The translations under genes and the position numbers were made by a program. Shown in pieces: positions 37,707 through 47,100 of a stretch of DNA of 64,000 nucleotides. Each line of letters opens with the position of its first letter. Position 1 is the first letter of the stretch. Source of the stretch: Geopsychrobacteraceae bacterium (GTDB lineage: Bacteria; Desulfobacterota; Desulfuromonadia; Desulfuromonadales; Geopsychrobacteraceae). Where the stretch lies: the NCBI GenBank assembly GCA_963676795.2, contig CAXXTB010000002.1:1312001-1376000 (forward strand). Reading direction: 5' to 3'. The notes under the pieces were generated by a model. The model did not search any database and was not told where the DNA came from. It was given only the letters and a program-made list of their open reading frames with translations.

Positions 37707-37753
37707 CGGTTCTGCCCATTAGATAAGCGCAGCTTATCTAATGGGCAGAACCG
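37707..37753. repeat. 22-bp perfect inverted repeat between convergent genes
   Basis: CGGTTCTGCCCATTAGATAAGC-GCA-GCTTATCTAATGGGCAGAACCG. Confidence 0.85.
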
Positions 37754-37797
37754 GAAAGACTCCGCGGGGCGGAGTTTTGATTGATAAGTCCTTATCT

Positions 37798-38523
37798 TTA
37801 CTCATGCTGGTGCGGAACGTCGCCGTGGATATGGGCATGGGTGTGCTGATGCAGTGATACCTGCTGGTCAGTGTTGATCCGGCCGTTGCTCAGGGCGTAG
37901 ATTTTTTCGGTGACGCGGTCGAGAAAGTCAAAGTCATGCGAGATGATGATGTAGCTGATCTTCAGCTCGGAGAGGATGTGCTGAAAATTGGCGCGCGTTC
38001 TTTCATCCAGCCCATTGGTCGGCTCATCCAGCAACAGCACTTCCGGCTTCATCGCCATCAGGGTCGCCAGTGAGACCAGTTTCTTCTCGCCGCCGGAGAG
38101 GCGATGGGTCAGGCGCTCTTCAAACGTCTCCAGACCAAGCAGTTTGAGTGTTTCCCTGGCCGTCTCTCTGGCCTGTTCAGGGCTGAAACCAAGGTTGAGC
38201 GGTCCGAAGGCCACATCTTCCAGAACCGTCGGGCAGAACAGCTGATCGTCGGCATCTTGAAACAGCAGGCCGATTTTTCTTCTGGCGCCGACAAAGTCCT
38301 TCTCACTGCTTAACGGCTTGCCAAAGGCTTCTATCCGGCCGCTGGCGGCTTTGAGCAGGCCGACGGCGAGATGGAAGAGGGTGGTCTTGCCGATACCGTT
38401 CGGGCCGGTCAGGCCGATCGTTTCCCCCTTGTGCAGTTCAAAGTTCAGGCCATCGAGGATAACCCTGCCGTCGGGATAGGCAAAGGAAATATCGGAAAAT
38501 TTCAGAACAGGTGTGTTTGCCAT
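37798..38523 (-). CDS. cbiO: Ni/Co ECF transporter ATPase (CbiO/NikO) with His-rich tail
   Basis: GPNGIGKT, FQDADDQLF, DVAFGP, LSGGEKK, LDEPT; tail HQHTHAHIHGDVPHQHE. Confidence 0.9.
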   Translation of the reverse strand: MANTPVLKFSDISFAYPDGRVILDGLNFELHKGETIGLTGPNGIGKTTLFHLAVGLLKAASGRIEAFGKPLSSEKDFVGARRKIGLLFQDADDQLFCPTVLEDVAFGPLNLGFSPEQARETARETLKLLGLETFEERLTHRLSGGEKKLVSLATLMAMKPEVLLLDEPTNGLDERTRANFQHILSELKISYIIISHDFDFLDRVTEKIYALSNGRINTDQQVSLHQHTHAHIHGDVPHQHE

Positions 38524-39263
38524 TCGATACCAGTCATGAGCAATACAATAATGACAAAAGTGCCGGCCCAATACCAATCCTGCCGACGCAGGGCCAGCTG
38601 CTCAAGGCTGTAAAAGCGTCCCTGAAAACCCCGACAGATCATTGCCTTGTGAACCTGGTCCGCACGCAGGTAAGAACGCAGAAAGAGCATGCCGACCAGG
38701 TAGGCGTAGGTGCGGTAGGTATGCACGTTGGTGCCGGGAATGAAGCAACGCAGTTTGATCGCGTTCTCCAGACGGCGGTATTCCTGCTCAATAACGAAGA
38801 TGTAACGATAGCAAAAGAGCAGCAGATAAACCAGTTTTTCCGGAATTTTGAGCTTCTGCAGGGCGTAGCCGATAGTAGCGACCGAGGTGGTTGCAGTCAG
38901 ACTCATGAACAGCAACAGCAGGGTTATTGCCTTGATGGAAATCTGGCCGCTCAGGGTCAACCCTTCCAGGGTCAGCTGTAGCGGGCCCAAAGCGACCAGT
39001 GCACTGCCTTTGATGGTGAAGGGGAGGGCAATCCACAGAAACAGCAGAAAACCGCAGGCCGGCAGCAGCCGTTTCAGGACCGTGGCCGGCTTGAGAGTGG
39101 TCAGGCTGATCATGGTCAGAGTGATGACAAGTGCGAAGCAGAGGCTGCTCCAACGATAGGAGAGTGCAACCGCGAAGGAAAAGACGACGACAAAAATAAC
39201 CTTCAGGCGGGTGTCGATACGCGCCAGACAGCTGTCGGTGAGAATGGTAGTCTCATTGATCAT
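38502..39263 (-). CDS. cbiQ: Ni/Co ECF transporter T component (CbiQ/NikQ)
   Basis: IDTRLK, YRYIFVI, LFLRSYLRADQVHKAMICRGF. Confidence 0.9.
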   Translation of the reverse strand: MINETTILTDSCLARIDTRLKVIFVVVFSFAVALSYRWSSLCFALVITLTMISLTTLKPATVLKRLLPACGFLLFLWIALPFTIKGSALVALGPLQLTLEGLTLSGQISIKAITLLLLFMSLTATTSVATIGYALQKLKIPEKLVYLLLFCYRYIFVIEQEYRRLENAIKLRCFIPGTNVHTYRTYAYLVGMLFLRSYLRADQVHKAMICRGFQGRFYSLEQLALRRQDWYWAGTFVIIVLLMTGIEWQTHLF

Positions 39264-39286
39264 AGCGGTTGATTCTCTGTGCCATG

Positions 39287-39892
39287 TTATTTGCGCCGAT
39301 AGCGGACCCAGGCGGCAATGCCCATCAGTCCGCAGATGTAGCCGATACCGGCGATGATGTCGTGCACTGACGGACCGGGTTGTTGCAGGTTGGCCAGCGC
39401 CGAGTTGACCGGTTTGAGTTTGCGTTCCATGATCCTGTCGACGATCTCTTCGAGCTGCCTTTGATCCATCCGGGAGCTGTCCCTTTGCTCCGGCTGGAGA
39501 GTTGGAGTCTCTTTTTTAGTTGGCTTGGCAGTGCTCTCCAGCGCGTCAGCGTCGATCTCGCTCAGGGGGATGTCCCATTCAGCGCGATGGCCCATGGTGG
39601 CGATAAGCACAACCTTTAGAGCTGTTTTTTGAGGGATCGTAAAGGAAAATTCACCGTTTTCATTGGTTGTCCCGTTAAGCAGCAATCTGGCGTTGTCATC
39701 GTAGACCTCGATTGTGCCCTTGTTGACCTTGGTGCCGCCAGCGAATTTGCTCTGGGTGTGGACCGTCCCCTCTTCAACCCAGGCGAAAACATTGACCCGG
39801 TGGGCCTGGGCTTGCAGCGGCAGCAGAAGGACAAGGCAGATCAGCAAGAACAGTGGAGTGATGAGCCTGAGTTCGAAACGGTTAGCGATCAT
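39287..39892 (-). CDS. Ni/Co transporter accessory component (NikL/CbiL-like)
   Basis: Signal peptide then AHRVNVFAW, GHRAEW, C-terminal TM DIIAGIGYI. Confidence 0.8.
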   Translation of the reverse strand: MIANRFELRLITPLFLLICLVLLLPLQAQAHRVNVFAWVEEGTVHTQSKFAGGTKVNKGTIEVYDDNARLLLNGTTNENGEFSFTIPQKTALKVVLIATMGHRAEWDIPLSEIDADALESTAKPTKKETPTLQPEQRDSSRMDQRQLEEIVDRIMERKLKPVNSALANLQQPGPSVHDIIAGIGYICGLMGIAAWVRYRRK

Positions 39893-40508
39893 GAGCTGAT
39901 TGCTCCTGTCTGTGAATGGTGAAGATTTCCGGCTGGACCTTGGTTAAAAATGCAATGCAGAACGCCGTGATGATTCCTTCGATCAGCATGATTGGCAGAT
40001 GGGCGGTCACCAGCAACAGGGCAACTTCTAAAAAATCCTCATTGGCAAAGACCAGGGCAATAGCTGCCAGCAGGCCGGCCAGCAACACTCCGAGCAGTCC
40101 GCTGCAAAAGGCCGCAGGCAGGCGCAGCTGTGGTTTCAGCCTGATGCCGAAACGGAAAGCGTAGCAGGCCACAACTGCAGGAACAGCCATGACAACCGTA
40201 TTGACACCAAGAGTGGTGATCCCGCCGTACTGAAAGAGAACAGCCTGCAGCAGGAGGGCAACCAGAATCACGGGGAAGGCGCTCCAGCCGAGCAACAGAC
40301 CAACCAGGCCGTTCATGATCAGATGGACATTCGATGGTCCCAGCGGCACATGGATCAAGGACGCGACAAAGAAACAGGCGGCAAGAATTCCGGCCTGGCC
40401 GGTCCGGTCGAAATCAAGTTTTTTCAGCCCGATCGCCGTTCCGGCAACGGCAATTGCGGCTCCGCCGATAAGCACCGGAGCATTGAGGACTCCTTCAGAG
40501 ATGTGCAT
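39882..40508 (-). CDS. cbiM: Ni/Co ECF transporter S component (CbiM/NikM)
   Basis: N-terminal MHISEG, LIHVP.GPSNVH, GGITTLGVN. Confidence 0.93.
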   Translation of the reverse strand: MHISEGVLNAPVLIGGAAIAVAGTAIGLKKLDFDRTGQAGILAACFFVASLIHVPLGPSNVHLIMNGLVGLLLGWSAFPVILVALLLQAVLFQYGGITTLGVNTVVMAVPAVVACYAFRFGIRLKPQLRLPAAFCSGLLGVLLAGLLAAIALVFANEDFLEVALLLVTAHLPIMLIEGIITAFCIAFLTKVQPEIFTIHRQEQSAHDR

Positions 40509-40525
40509 CTGTCGCCTTCTGCTAA

Positions 40526-40561
40526 TAAAATGCCGGATCCCCTGGTGTAGAATCCGGCATT
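40526..40561 (-). terminator. Terminator-like hairpin inside the nik operon
   Basis: Minus strand AATGCCGGAT-13 nt-ATCCGGCATT followed by TTATT. Confidence 0.5.
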
Positions 40562-40580
40562 GGATCGTTTATGTGAACTG

Positions 40581-41360
40581 TTACCTGGTTTGCCAATCGC
40601 TGAATTCTACCCACAGAACCGCACCAAGTTCCACATCTTTTTCAACGCCGTCATGGATGATTGTCTCGTCAGCGGTATTCAGAGCGGCAAAACCCCACCA
40701 GCCCGCCCTGGGCGGAGTGTAGGTAAAGACCCCGTTGGCATCGGCTTTGACGACCTGGGTGATCATGTATTCGGTTGGGGCCTCTGTCGCACCGTCACGA
40801 TTGTAGAATTCGACCTCGACTTCGGCAAAGGGGACAACCTCGCCATCGAGTTTGACAATTCCCTGAAAGCTGTTGCCGGCATAGAGTCCGAAGGGGCGGG
40901 TCAGCGGGACGATTTCAGTCTTGAGGCCGAGCTCAGCATCCCAGCCTTCTTCATCACCGAATGCAGCAACGACCGTTTTTGTGTAATGGATGATGAAACA
41001 GTCCTCGGCCGGTTCCCAGTAGGGTTTTGGCTGCATATAGAACTGGTAGATGCCCGGGCGCTTAACCGGGTAGTCGAGTTGCCAGCTTTTCTGGCCCATG
41101 ATCTTGACCTCGCTGAGCTTCTTGAGCAGATCAGTTGTCTGGCCATTGCTGACGACGCTGAAGACCTGTGGTTGCTCGAGGTTCATGCCAGCGCCTTCAA
41201 AGGGATGTGAAAATGAGGCTTCGATCCGGACCGTTCTGGCATCGTTCTGCATGACCATTGAATCCGACGGAATCAGCATGCCGAAATGGGCTGAGGCTGT
41301 AGTTGCCTGTGTCAGACAGAACAGGGCTGCGATGATAAGAAGATTGAAAGGTTTGAACAT
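40581..41360 (-). CDS. DUF4198 periplasmic metal-binding protein (NikK-like)
   Basis: Signal peptide, mature N-terminus [39 protein letters not shown] at 41360. Confidence 0.88.
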   Translation of the reverse strand: MFKPFNLLIIAALFCLTQATTASAHFGMLIPSDSMVMQNDARTVRIEASFSHPFEGAGMNLEQPQVFSVVSNGQTTDLLKKLSEVKIMGQKSWQLDYPVKRPGIYQFYMQPKPYWEPAEDCFIIHYTKTVVAAFGDEEGWDAELGLKTEIVPLTRPFGLYAGNSFQGIVKLDGEVVPFAEVEVEFYNRDGATEAPTEYMITQVVKADANGVFTYTPPRAGWWGFAALNTADETIIHDGVEKDVELGAVLWVEFSDWQTR

Positions 41361-41434
41361 GTAAGCCTCCGGTAGATTTTTGTCTGCTTGCAATTCATGA
41401 GTGTGAGACAGAAAAGCATATTCGTGACAAAAAG

Positions 41435-41461
41435 TGAATACGAAATTTAAATACGTGCTAC
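41435..41461. promoter_or_regulatory. Candidate NikR operator
   Basis: TGAATAC-N13-GTGCTAC with an AT-rich spacer between nikR and the transporter operon. Confidence 0.65.
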
Positions 41462-41503
41462 CGGGCTGTGTCGTAATTGCTTGTGGGGGGAAGGCAGTCA
41501 GGG

Positions 41504-41923
41504 TCAGCCCAGGCTTTCCCCGCTCGATGTAATAACCAGTTTGCCGTGTTTGACGCCGCGCGTGCCGATCATCTCGTCAGCCATCTGCCTGACGGTCCGG
41601 CTGCGCCCCTTGACGACAATGACCTCAAGACAGTTTTCCGCATCGAGGTGGATATGCAGGGACGAGAGGACCGATTCGTGATGACTGTGCTGATGGTGAG
41701 TCAGCTGCTTGGCCAGTTCGCGGGTGTGGTGGTTGTAGACCAGGGTGATGGTGCCGATGATCTCTTCATCGTCTTTGCCCGCCTGTTCCTCAATCAGTGC
41801 TTTGCGGATCAGATCGCGGATCGCTTCAGATCGGTTCATATAGCCCTTGTCGGCAATCAGGTCGTCAAACTGCTGCAGGAGCTGGGTGTTGATGGAGATT
41901 CCGAAGCGGGTCAAATCTGACAT
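41504..41923 (-). CDS. nikR: Nickel-responsive regulator NikR
   Basis: [34 protein letters not shown]. Confidence 0.96.
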   Translation of the reverse strand: MSDLTRFGISINTQLLQQFDDLIADKGYMNRSEAIRDLIRKALIEEQAGKDDEEIIGTITLVYNHHTRELAKQLTHHQHSHHESVLSSLHIHLDAENCLEVIVVKGRSRTVRQMADEMIGTRGVKHGKLVITSSGESLG

Positions 41924-42064
41924 GGGGGCCTCTTTGGCTGAAGTCAATTTTTCCGGTCATGCATGAGTCTGGTTTGAAGCAACAGTCATTTCTATCTCAT
42001 AAAACGTCTGTGGTGTCCATTGCTTGGGAACAATTTGTGGTTATGCCGGAGAGGAAAAAGCGAG

Positions 42065-42109
42065 ACAGCGGCAGAGCTCTTGTCATTATGGCGTGAGCAC
42101 TGCCGCTGT
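42065..42109. terminator. Long imperfect hairpin downstream of the glcF-like gene
   Basis: ACAGCGGCAG-A-GCTC...GAGC-A-CTGCCGCTGT; no strong U-tract. Confidence 0.4.
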
Positions 42110-42136
42110 ATTTGGCCTGGTGCGGGAGAGCAGGAC

Positions 42137-43417
42137 TCAGTTGCGCTGGGGCTTGATCCGTTTTTCATAGATCTCGACGACCGGGTGGGTGGCCTTGAGG
42201 TAGTTGCCTGCGGTCAGGTTGGCGTCGGTCAGGTTCATGGCGCAGCCCGGGCAGGCAGTGAACAGTTGACTGAAGCCGCGCTCCTTGATCTCGGTCGCCT
42301 TCTTCTTGCCTAGCTCCCGGGTGTGCGGATAGTTCTTCAGTGAAAAGGTTCCGCCAAAACCGCAGCAGCTCTGATTCTTTAACGGCTTGAAGTCGGTGAT
42401 GAAGTTGTTCGCTATAAACTTCTGCAATATCGGCGCTTTTGCGCCATTGTAGTGGCAGGGGACATGGAGTGACGAGCTGCCGGTCAGTTCGATTTTGTGT
42501 TCAAGCTGAATGTTGAGAACCTCCGCCATAAAAACGACGATATCCATGACCCGCTTGTTCTTCTGCCGTCCGGTCTTTTTTTCAGCCAGGGACCCCAGAC
42601 CATATTCGCAGGTCGGGCAGCACATCAGGATGGTATCGGCATCCTCTATCGAATCGAAGTAGTCGAAGTTTTTTCCGACCTGTTCGCGATAGAGCTCCAG
42701 CTCGCCCATGGTCGCCGAAGGAATGCCGCAGCAGTTGTTGGTCTTTGGAACATAGACCGAAACACCGTAATGGAGCAGGGTCTCGATCATGGCGATCCCC
42801 CAGTGCACGTAGATCAGGGTCGTTGCGCAGCCGGGATAGAAAATGACCCGCTGTTTTTCGTCTTTGGCCTGGTTGAATCCGCCGTAGAGCTTGGTCAGGG
42901 CCTTGGATGGCATGTCAGCAATGTGGCGGTCAGCCATGTCGCCGAGCATGGGCGAGAGTAGCGCTCCGGCTTTGAAAATACCATCGTCGATCTTTTTGTT
43001 GCCAAGCCGCAGACCGATATGGAAGAGCGGGCTCAGGGCTGCCAGCAGCTGCGGATTGCCCATGGCCGTTTTCAGGATGGCTTTCTGCCAGAGCGGCAAT
43101 TTTTTGACCTGGCGGATGATTGCTTTGCTTTTGAGAAAGATCTCGTCGGTTGCAACGCCGGATGGACAGTTGGTCTTGCAGCGTCCACAGAGAATGCAGT
43201 AGTCGAGATATTCATAGATTTCATCGGCTCTTTCCAGTTTGCCCTGGGCCAATGCTTCGATCAGGAAGATCTTGCCGCGTGCCACGGTCGATTCGTTCAG
43301 GTCCTTCTTGTATAGCGGGCAGACCGATTGGCAGGTTCCACAGCGGCTGCATTGGATCAGCATCTCTTCCAGGGCTTTGAGGTCGGCAATACATTGCGAC
43401 AGATTATTCTGATTCAT
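42137..43417 (-). CDS. GlcF-like Fe-S subunit of a lactate/glycolate dehydrogenase
   Basis: CSRCGTCQSVCP, CILCGRCKTNCP, two CCG domains (CCG..., CCGFGG, CPGC). Confidence 0.9.
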   Translation of the reverse strand: MNQNNLSQCIADLKALEEMLIQCSRCGTCQSVCPLYKKDLNESTVARGKIFLIEALAQGKLERADEIYEYLDYCILCGRCKTNCPSGVATDEIFLKSKAIIRQVKKLPLWQKAILKTAMGNPQLLAALSPLFHIGLRLGNKKIDDGIFKAGALLSPMLGDMADRHIADMPSKALTKLYGGFNQAKDEKQRVIFYPGCATTLIYVHWGIAMIETLLHYGVSVYVPKTNNCCGIPSATMGELELYREQVGKNFDYFDSIEDADTILMCCPTCEYGLGSLAEKKTGRQKNKRVMDIVVFMAEVLNIQLEHKIELTGSSSLHVPCHYNGAKAPILQKFIANNFITDFKPLKNQSCCGFGGTFSLKNYPHTRELGKKKATEIKERGFSQLFTACPGCAMNLTDANLTAGNYLKATHPVVEIYEKRIKPQRN

Positions 43418-43427
43418 AAGCAGATCC

Positions 43428-44804
43428 TTAAAGCGCCTGTTTGTGCGGGTTGAGCAGGTTCTTGGGGTCGACGCCAGCCTTGATCGATTTCATGTAGTTA
43501 ATGGTGCCTTGGCCAACTTCGTCAACCATGAAGCTCTGTTTCGCCAGGCCGATTCCATGCTCGCCACTGCAGGTGCCGCCCATTTCGAGGGCTGCGGCAA
43601 ACATGTCGGCAACGGCAGCGTGTACACGTTCCATTTCCGCTTCGTCCCGTTTGTCGCAGAGGATGGTCGGATGCAGGTTGCCGTCTCCAGCGTGGCCGAA
43701 GGTGCCGATAACCAGGTCGTGTCTGGTCTTGATTTCATCCAGAGCCTTGAGGAAATCCGGAATCTTGGTTCTCGGCACGGTAACGTCCTCGAGGACCAGG
43801 GTCGGACGCAGGCGGGCCAGAGAGGAGAGCGCCTTGCGCCGGCCTTCCCACAGGGATTCGCGCTCTGCAGCCGTCTCGGCGACAGTAATCTTGCCGTTGT
43901 TTTCAGCGCAGATGCGCTGGACGATGGCGTATTCCTCTTCAACAACGGCCGGGTGTCCGTCGACTTCAAGCAGCAGCAGTGCGGTTGCGTCGATCGGCAT
44001 GTCCGCTCCGGTTGCTTCATGGACGGTCCTGATCGTGAAGTTGTCCATCAGTTCCATGGTCGCCGGCAGAACGTGGCTGCGGATGATGCCGGAAACGGTA
44101 TTGCCGGCGTCGATCATATCATCAAACGAGACCAGCATCGCTTTGTGGGCCTTGCTTGGCGGAACCAGTTTGAGGATACACTCGGTAATGACGCCAAGCT
44201 GGCCTTCGGACTGGGACAGCAGTCCCGTCAGGTTGAATCCGGTACAGAGTTTGACCGTTTTCCCCCCCGCCTTGACGATATTACCGGCCATGTCGCAGAA
44301 GGTTGCGCCCATAACGTAGTCTTTGGTAACGCCGTATTTGAGGCCGCGCAGGCCGCCGGCATTCTCGGCGATATTGCCACCGATGGTCGACATCTTCTGT
44401 GAGCCCGGATCGGGCGGGTAGAAGAGGCCGGCCTGTTGAACTGCCTCGGCAAATTCAGCGGTTATGACACCTGGCTGGACGACGGCATACATATCGTCGG
44501 TATTGATTTCAAGAATCCTGTTCATCCTGGTCATCAGGATAATGCAACCGCCGGCCACCGGAATTGTCGAGCCCGCCAGGTTGGTGCCGGAACCACGGGT
44601 GATCAGGGGAATGTCATGTTCCGAGCAGAGCCTGCAGATTGCCGCGACCTCTTCGGTGGTTTCCGGCCTCACGACCAGGTCAGGAAGGACCGGATCTTCA
44701 ACCGAGGAATCAAAGCTGTAAAGTACCAGATCGCTCGGTTGATCCCAGTAGTCGTTATCGCCGACAATGGCCTTGAAGCTATTCAGAACAGATTTGGCAA
44801 TCAT
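43428..44804 (-). CDS. GlcD-like FAD-linked subunit of a D-lactate/glycolate dehydrogenase
   Basis: RGSGTNLAG, YPPDPGS, NAGGLRGLKYGVT, GHAGDGNLHP, GEHGIG. Confidence 0.92.
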   Translation of the reverse strand: MIAKSVLNSFKAIVGDNDYWDQPSDLVLYSFDSSVEDPVLPDLVVRPETTEEVAAICRLCSEHDIPLITRGSGTNLAGSTIPVAGGCIILMTRMNRILEINTDDMYAVVQPGVITAEFAEAVQQAGLFYPPDPGSQKMSTIGGNIAENAGGLRGLKYGVTKDYVMGATFCDMAGNIVKAGGKTVKLCTGFNLTGLLSQSEGQLGVITECILKLVPPSKAHKAMLVSFDDMIDAGNTVSGIIRSHVLPATMELMDNFTIRTVHEATGADMPIDATALLLLEVDGHPAVVEEEYAIVQRICAENNGKITVAETAAERESLWEGRRKALSSLARLRPTLVLEDVTVPRTKIPDFLKALDEIKTRHDLVIGTFGHAGDGNLHPTILCDKRDEAEMERVHAAVADMFAAALEMGGTCSGEHGIGLAKQSFMVDEVGQGTINYMKSIKAGVDPKNLLNPHKQAL

Positions 44805-44976
44805 TCTTTTGCCCTTTCTTGGTGTATTGCTGTCATGTTACCGGACGCTATGGAGTTGTCCTCAGTCAGGCTCTTTCGACCAGTAAACTTGCATAATGCA
44901 GTTAGGATTTGGAGCTACTTAAATTGGCGGTGGCTTGCTTCCGCTGGTCTATTTAGTGTTCAGGTGGACGGTAAAG

Positions 44977-44987
44977 TGGTCAGACCA
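44977..44987. promoter_or_regulatory. FadR/LldR-type operator, site 1
   Basis: Palindrome TGGTCAGACCA. Confidence 0.7.
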
Positions 44988-45124
44988 AACACATATAGGT
45001 GTAATGTATGAGCTGCTATGAAGTCAAGCATTTTTAAAACTGTGTATCCATCACGTAAAAGACTGATAAATCGTCATTATTATGTCATTGGCCGGGAAAA
45101 TTGCGCGGTAATTCATTGGGAAAT

Positions 45125-45151
45125 AAATAAAATGGTAATGCCATTTTATTT
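45125..45151. promoter_or_regulatory. FadR/LldR/PdhR-type operator, site 2
   Basis: AAATAAAATGG-TAATG-CCATTTTATTT; core TGGTAATGCCA. Confidence 0.6.
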
Positions 45152-45384
45152 TTGTGTATCTTCAATCGGAAAATCTGTTATTGTGCCGTTGTGACCTGCC
45201 CGGTGTATACCCTGTGTCGGTTGTAAGTGACCTGAATTGTGTGCAAAATTGTGCATTTTGTTCGTTTTGCATGGTTTTTTTACAGGTTTAGAATGCTTTT
45301 TAGGTTTCGATTATCTGGCCGGTTCTTGAGTTACTGAACGCGCCTTCCGGCCTGTTTGTATATCTGTCTGACAGGAGTTAATGT

Positions 45385-46980
45385 ATGGCTATAATCATGT
45401 CTCTTTTCCCGATTGTTCTGCTGATCTGGTTGATGACAAAAAAGAACAACATGCCGTCTTTCAGGGCGCTGCCACTGGTTGCTCTGCTGCTCTATCTGGT
45501 TAAGCTCATTTATTTCGATTTTGACGCGAACCTGGTCAATGCCACGGTGATCAGTGGTCTGCTCTCGGCCTGGGTACCGATCACAATTGTTTTTGGTGCG
45601 GTTTTTCTGTTTAAGACCATGGAATACACCGGAGCTATGGACATCCTCAGGACCTGGCTGAACGGGATCACAACCAATAAGGTGGCTCAGGCCATGATTA
45701 TCGGTTGGGCTTTCGCTTTTCTGATAGAGGGGGCGTCAGGTTTTGGAACTCCTGCAGCTATTGCGGCTCCGATCCTGGTCGGGCTCGGTTTTAAACCGGT
45801 CCGGGTTGCTATCCTCTGCCTGATCATGAACTCTGTTCCTGTTCATTTCGGTGCGGTCGGTACTCCTGGTTGGTTTGGTCTTGGTATCGGTGCCAAACTG
45901 ACCGATCCTGAACTGCTGATTCTTGGTCAGAAGGCCGCGATTATTCATACCGCTGCTGCGCTGGTTATACCGGTTATTGCTCTGGTCTTTGCCCTTGAGT
46001 GGAAGGTTGTCCGTCGTAATCTTGTTTTTGTCTATCTGAGCATTATCGCGACCATGGTTCCTTACCTGGTTTCGGCTTTCTTCAGCTTTGAATTTCCTTC
46101 AATTGTCGGCGGTGCTATCGGAACGGTGGCGTCGATTATCTTTGCCGTTATGGGCTGGGGCCTGAATAAATCTGACGGTGAAACCATCCATAGTGAAATT
46201 TCCATCGGCAAGGTTGTTGTGGCCTCCTTTCCGCTATGGGGGACTGTCCTGCTGTTGCTGGTTACCCGCATCAAGGCATTCGGGCTGCTGCCGCTGCTGA
46301 AAAGCACCTCGCCGCTGTTTGATCTCGATCTCGGTTCTCTCGGCTCTCTTGGCGTGACCAAGGCATTGGTCATCAATGTCGGTCAGATCTTCGGAACTTC
46401 GGTCAAGTTTTCCTACCAGGCACTCTATGTCCCTTGTCTGATTCCGTTCATCCTGATTTCGGTGATTGCCTTTCTCGTCTTCAGGGCCAAGGGGCAGGTT
46501 ATTGTCCGGGTCACGAGTGAATCTGTATCGCAGATGAAAAAACCCACCCTTGCCCTGCTCGGTGCGCTGGTTTTTGTCCAGTTGCTGAAGCTCGGTACCG
46601 CAGATATTCAGCCTAACACCCTGATCATCGGCAATGCTTTCGCCCATGTCTTTGGTGGGGCCTGGTCTTTCCTGGCTGCTTATCTGGGGGCCCTGGGTGC
46701 ATTCTTTTCCGGTTCCAATACGGTAGCAAACCTGACCTTTGGCGGCATTCAGGCGTCTATCGCCACTTCGTTGGGGCTGGATAAGCTGACGATCCTGGCG
46801 ATGCAGTCAGTCGGCGGCGGTATGGGGAATATGACCTGTATCCATAATATCGTTGCGGTCTGTTCTGTTCTCGGTCTGGCCAATTCAGAAGGCTTTATCC
46901 TGAAGCGCACGGCCATTCCGATGGTTATCTATGGAATTATCGCCGGTATTGTCGGTTCCGTACTGCTCTGGATTGCTTAG
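45385..46980 (+). CDS. lctP: Lactate permease (LctP family)
   Basis: FLIEGASGFGTPAAI, PVHFGAVGTP, GAFFSGSNTVANL; highly hydrophobic. Confidence 0.93.
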   Translation: MAIIMSLFPIVLLIWLMTKKNNMPSFRALPLVALLLYLVKLIYFDFDANLVNATVISGLLSAWVPITIVFGAVFLFKTMEYTGAMDILRTWLNGITTNKVAQAMIIGWAFAFLIEGASGFGTPAAIAAPILVGLGFKPVRVAILCLIMNSVPVHFGAVGTPGWFGLGIGAKLTDPELLILGQKAAIIHTAAALVIPVIALVFALEWKVVRRNLVFVYLSIIATMVPYLVSAFFSFEFPSIVGGAIGTVASIIFAVMGWGLNKSDGETIHSEISIGKVVVASFPLWGTVLLLLVTRIKAFGLLPLLKSTSPLFDLDLGSLGSLGVTKALVINVGQIFGTSVKFSYQALYVPCLIPFILISVIAFLVFRAKGQVIVRVTSESVSQMKKPTLALLGALVFVQLLKLGTADIQPNTLIIGNAFAHVFGGAWSFLAAYLGALGAFFSGSNTVANLTFGGIQASIATSLGLDKLTILAMQSVGGGMGNMTCIHNIVAVCSVLGLANSEGFILKRTAIPMVIYGIIAGIVGSVLLWIA

Positions 46981-47100
46981 GGAAATTATTTCTCTTTCTG
47001 GCTTTTGCGTAAATTAAAGGCAGTACATGTTGTTTCGGTGACTTGTGCTGCCTTTATCGTTTATGTATAACAGGTCATGTTGCAATTACAGGAGAGGTCC

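Noticed and set aside
43443..44402. 319-aa and 272-aa plus-strand ORFs
   Set aside because: Antisense shadows of the glcD-like gene, typical of GC-biased codon usage
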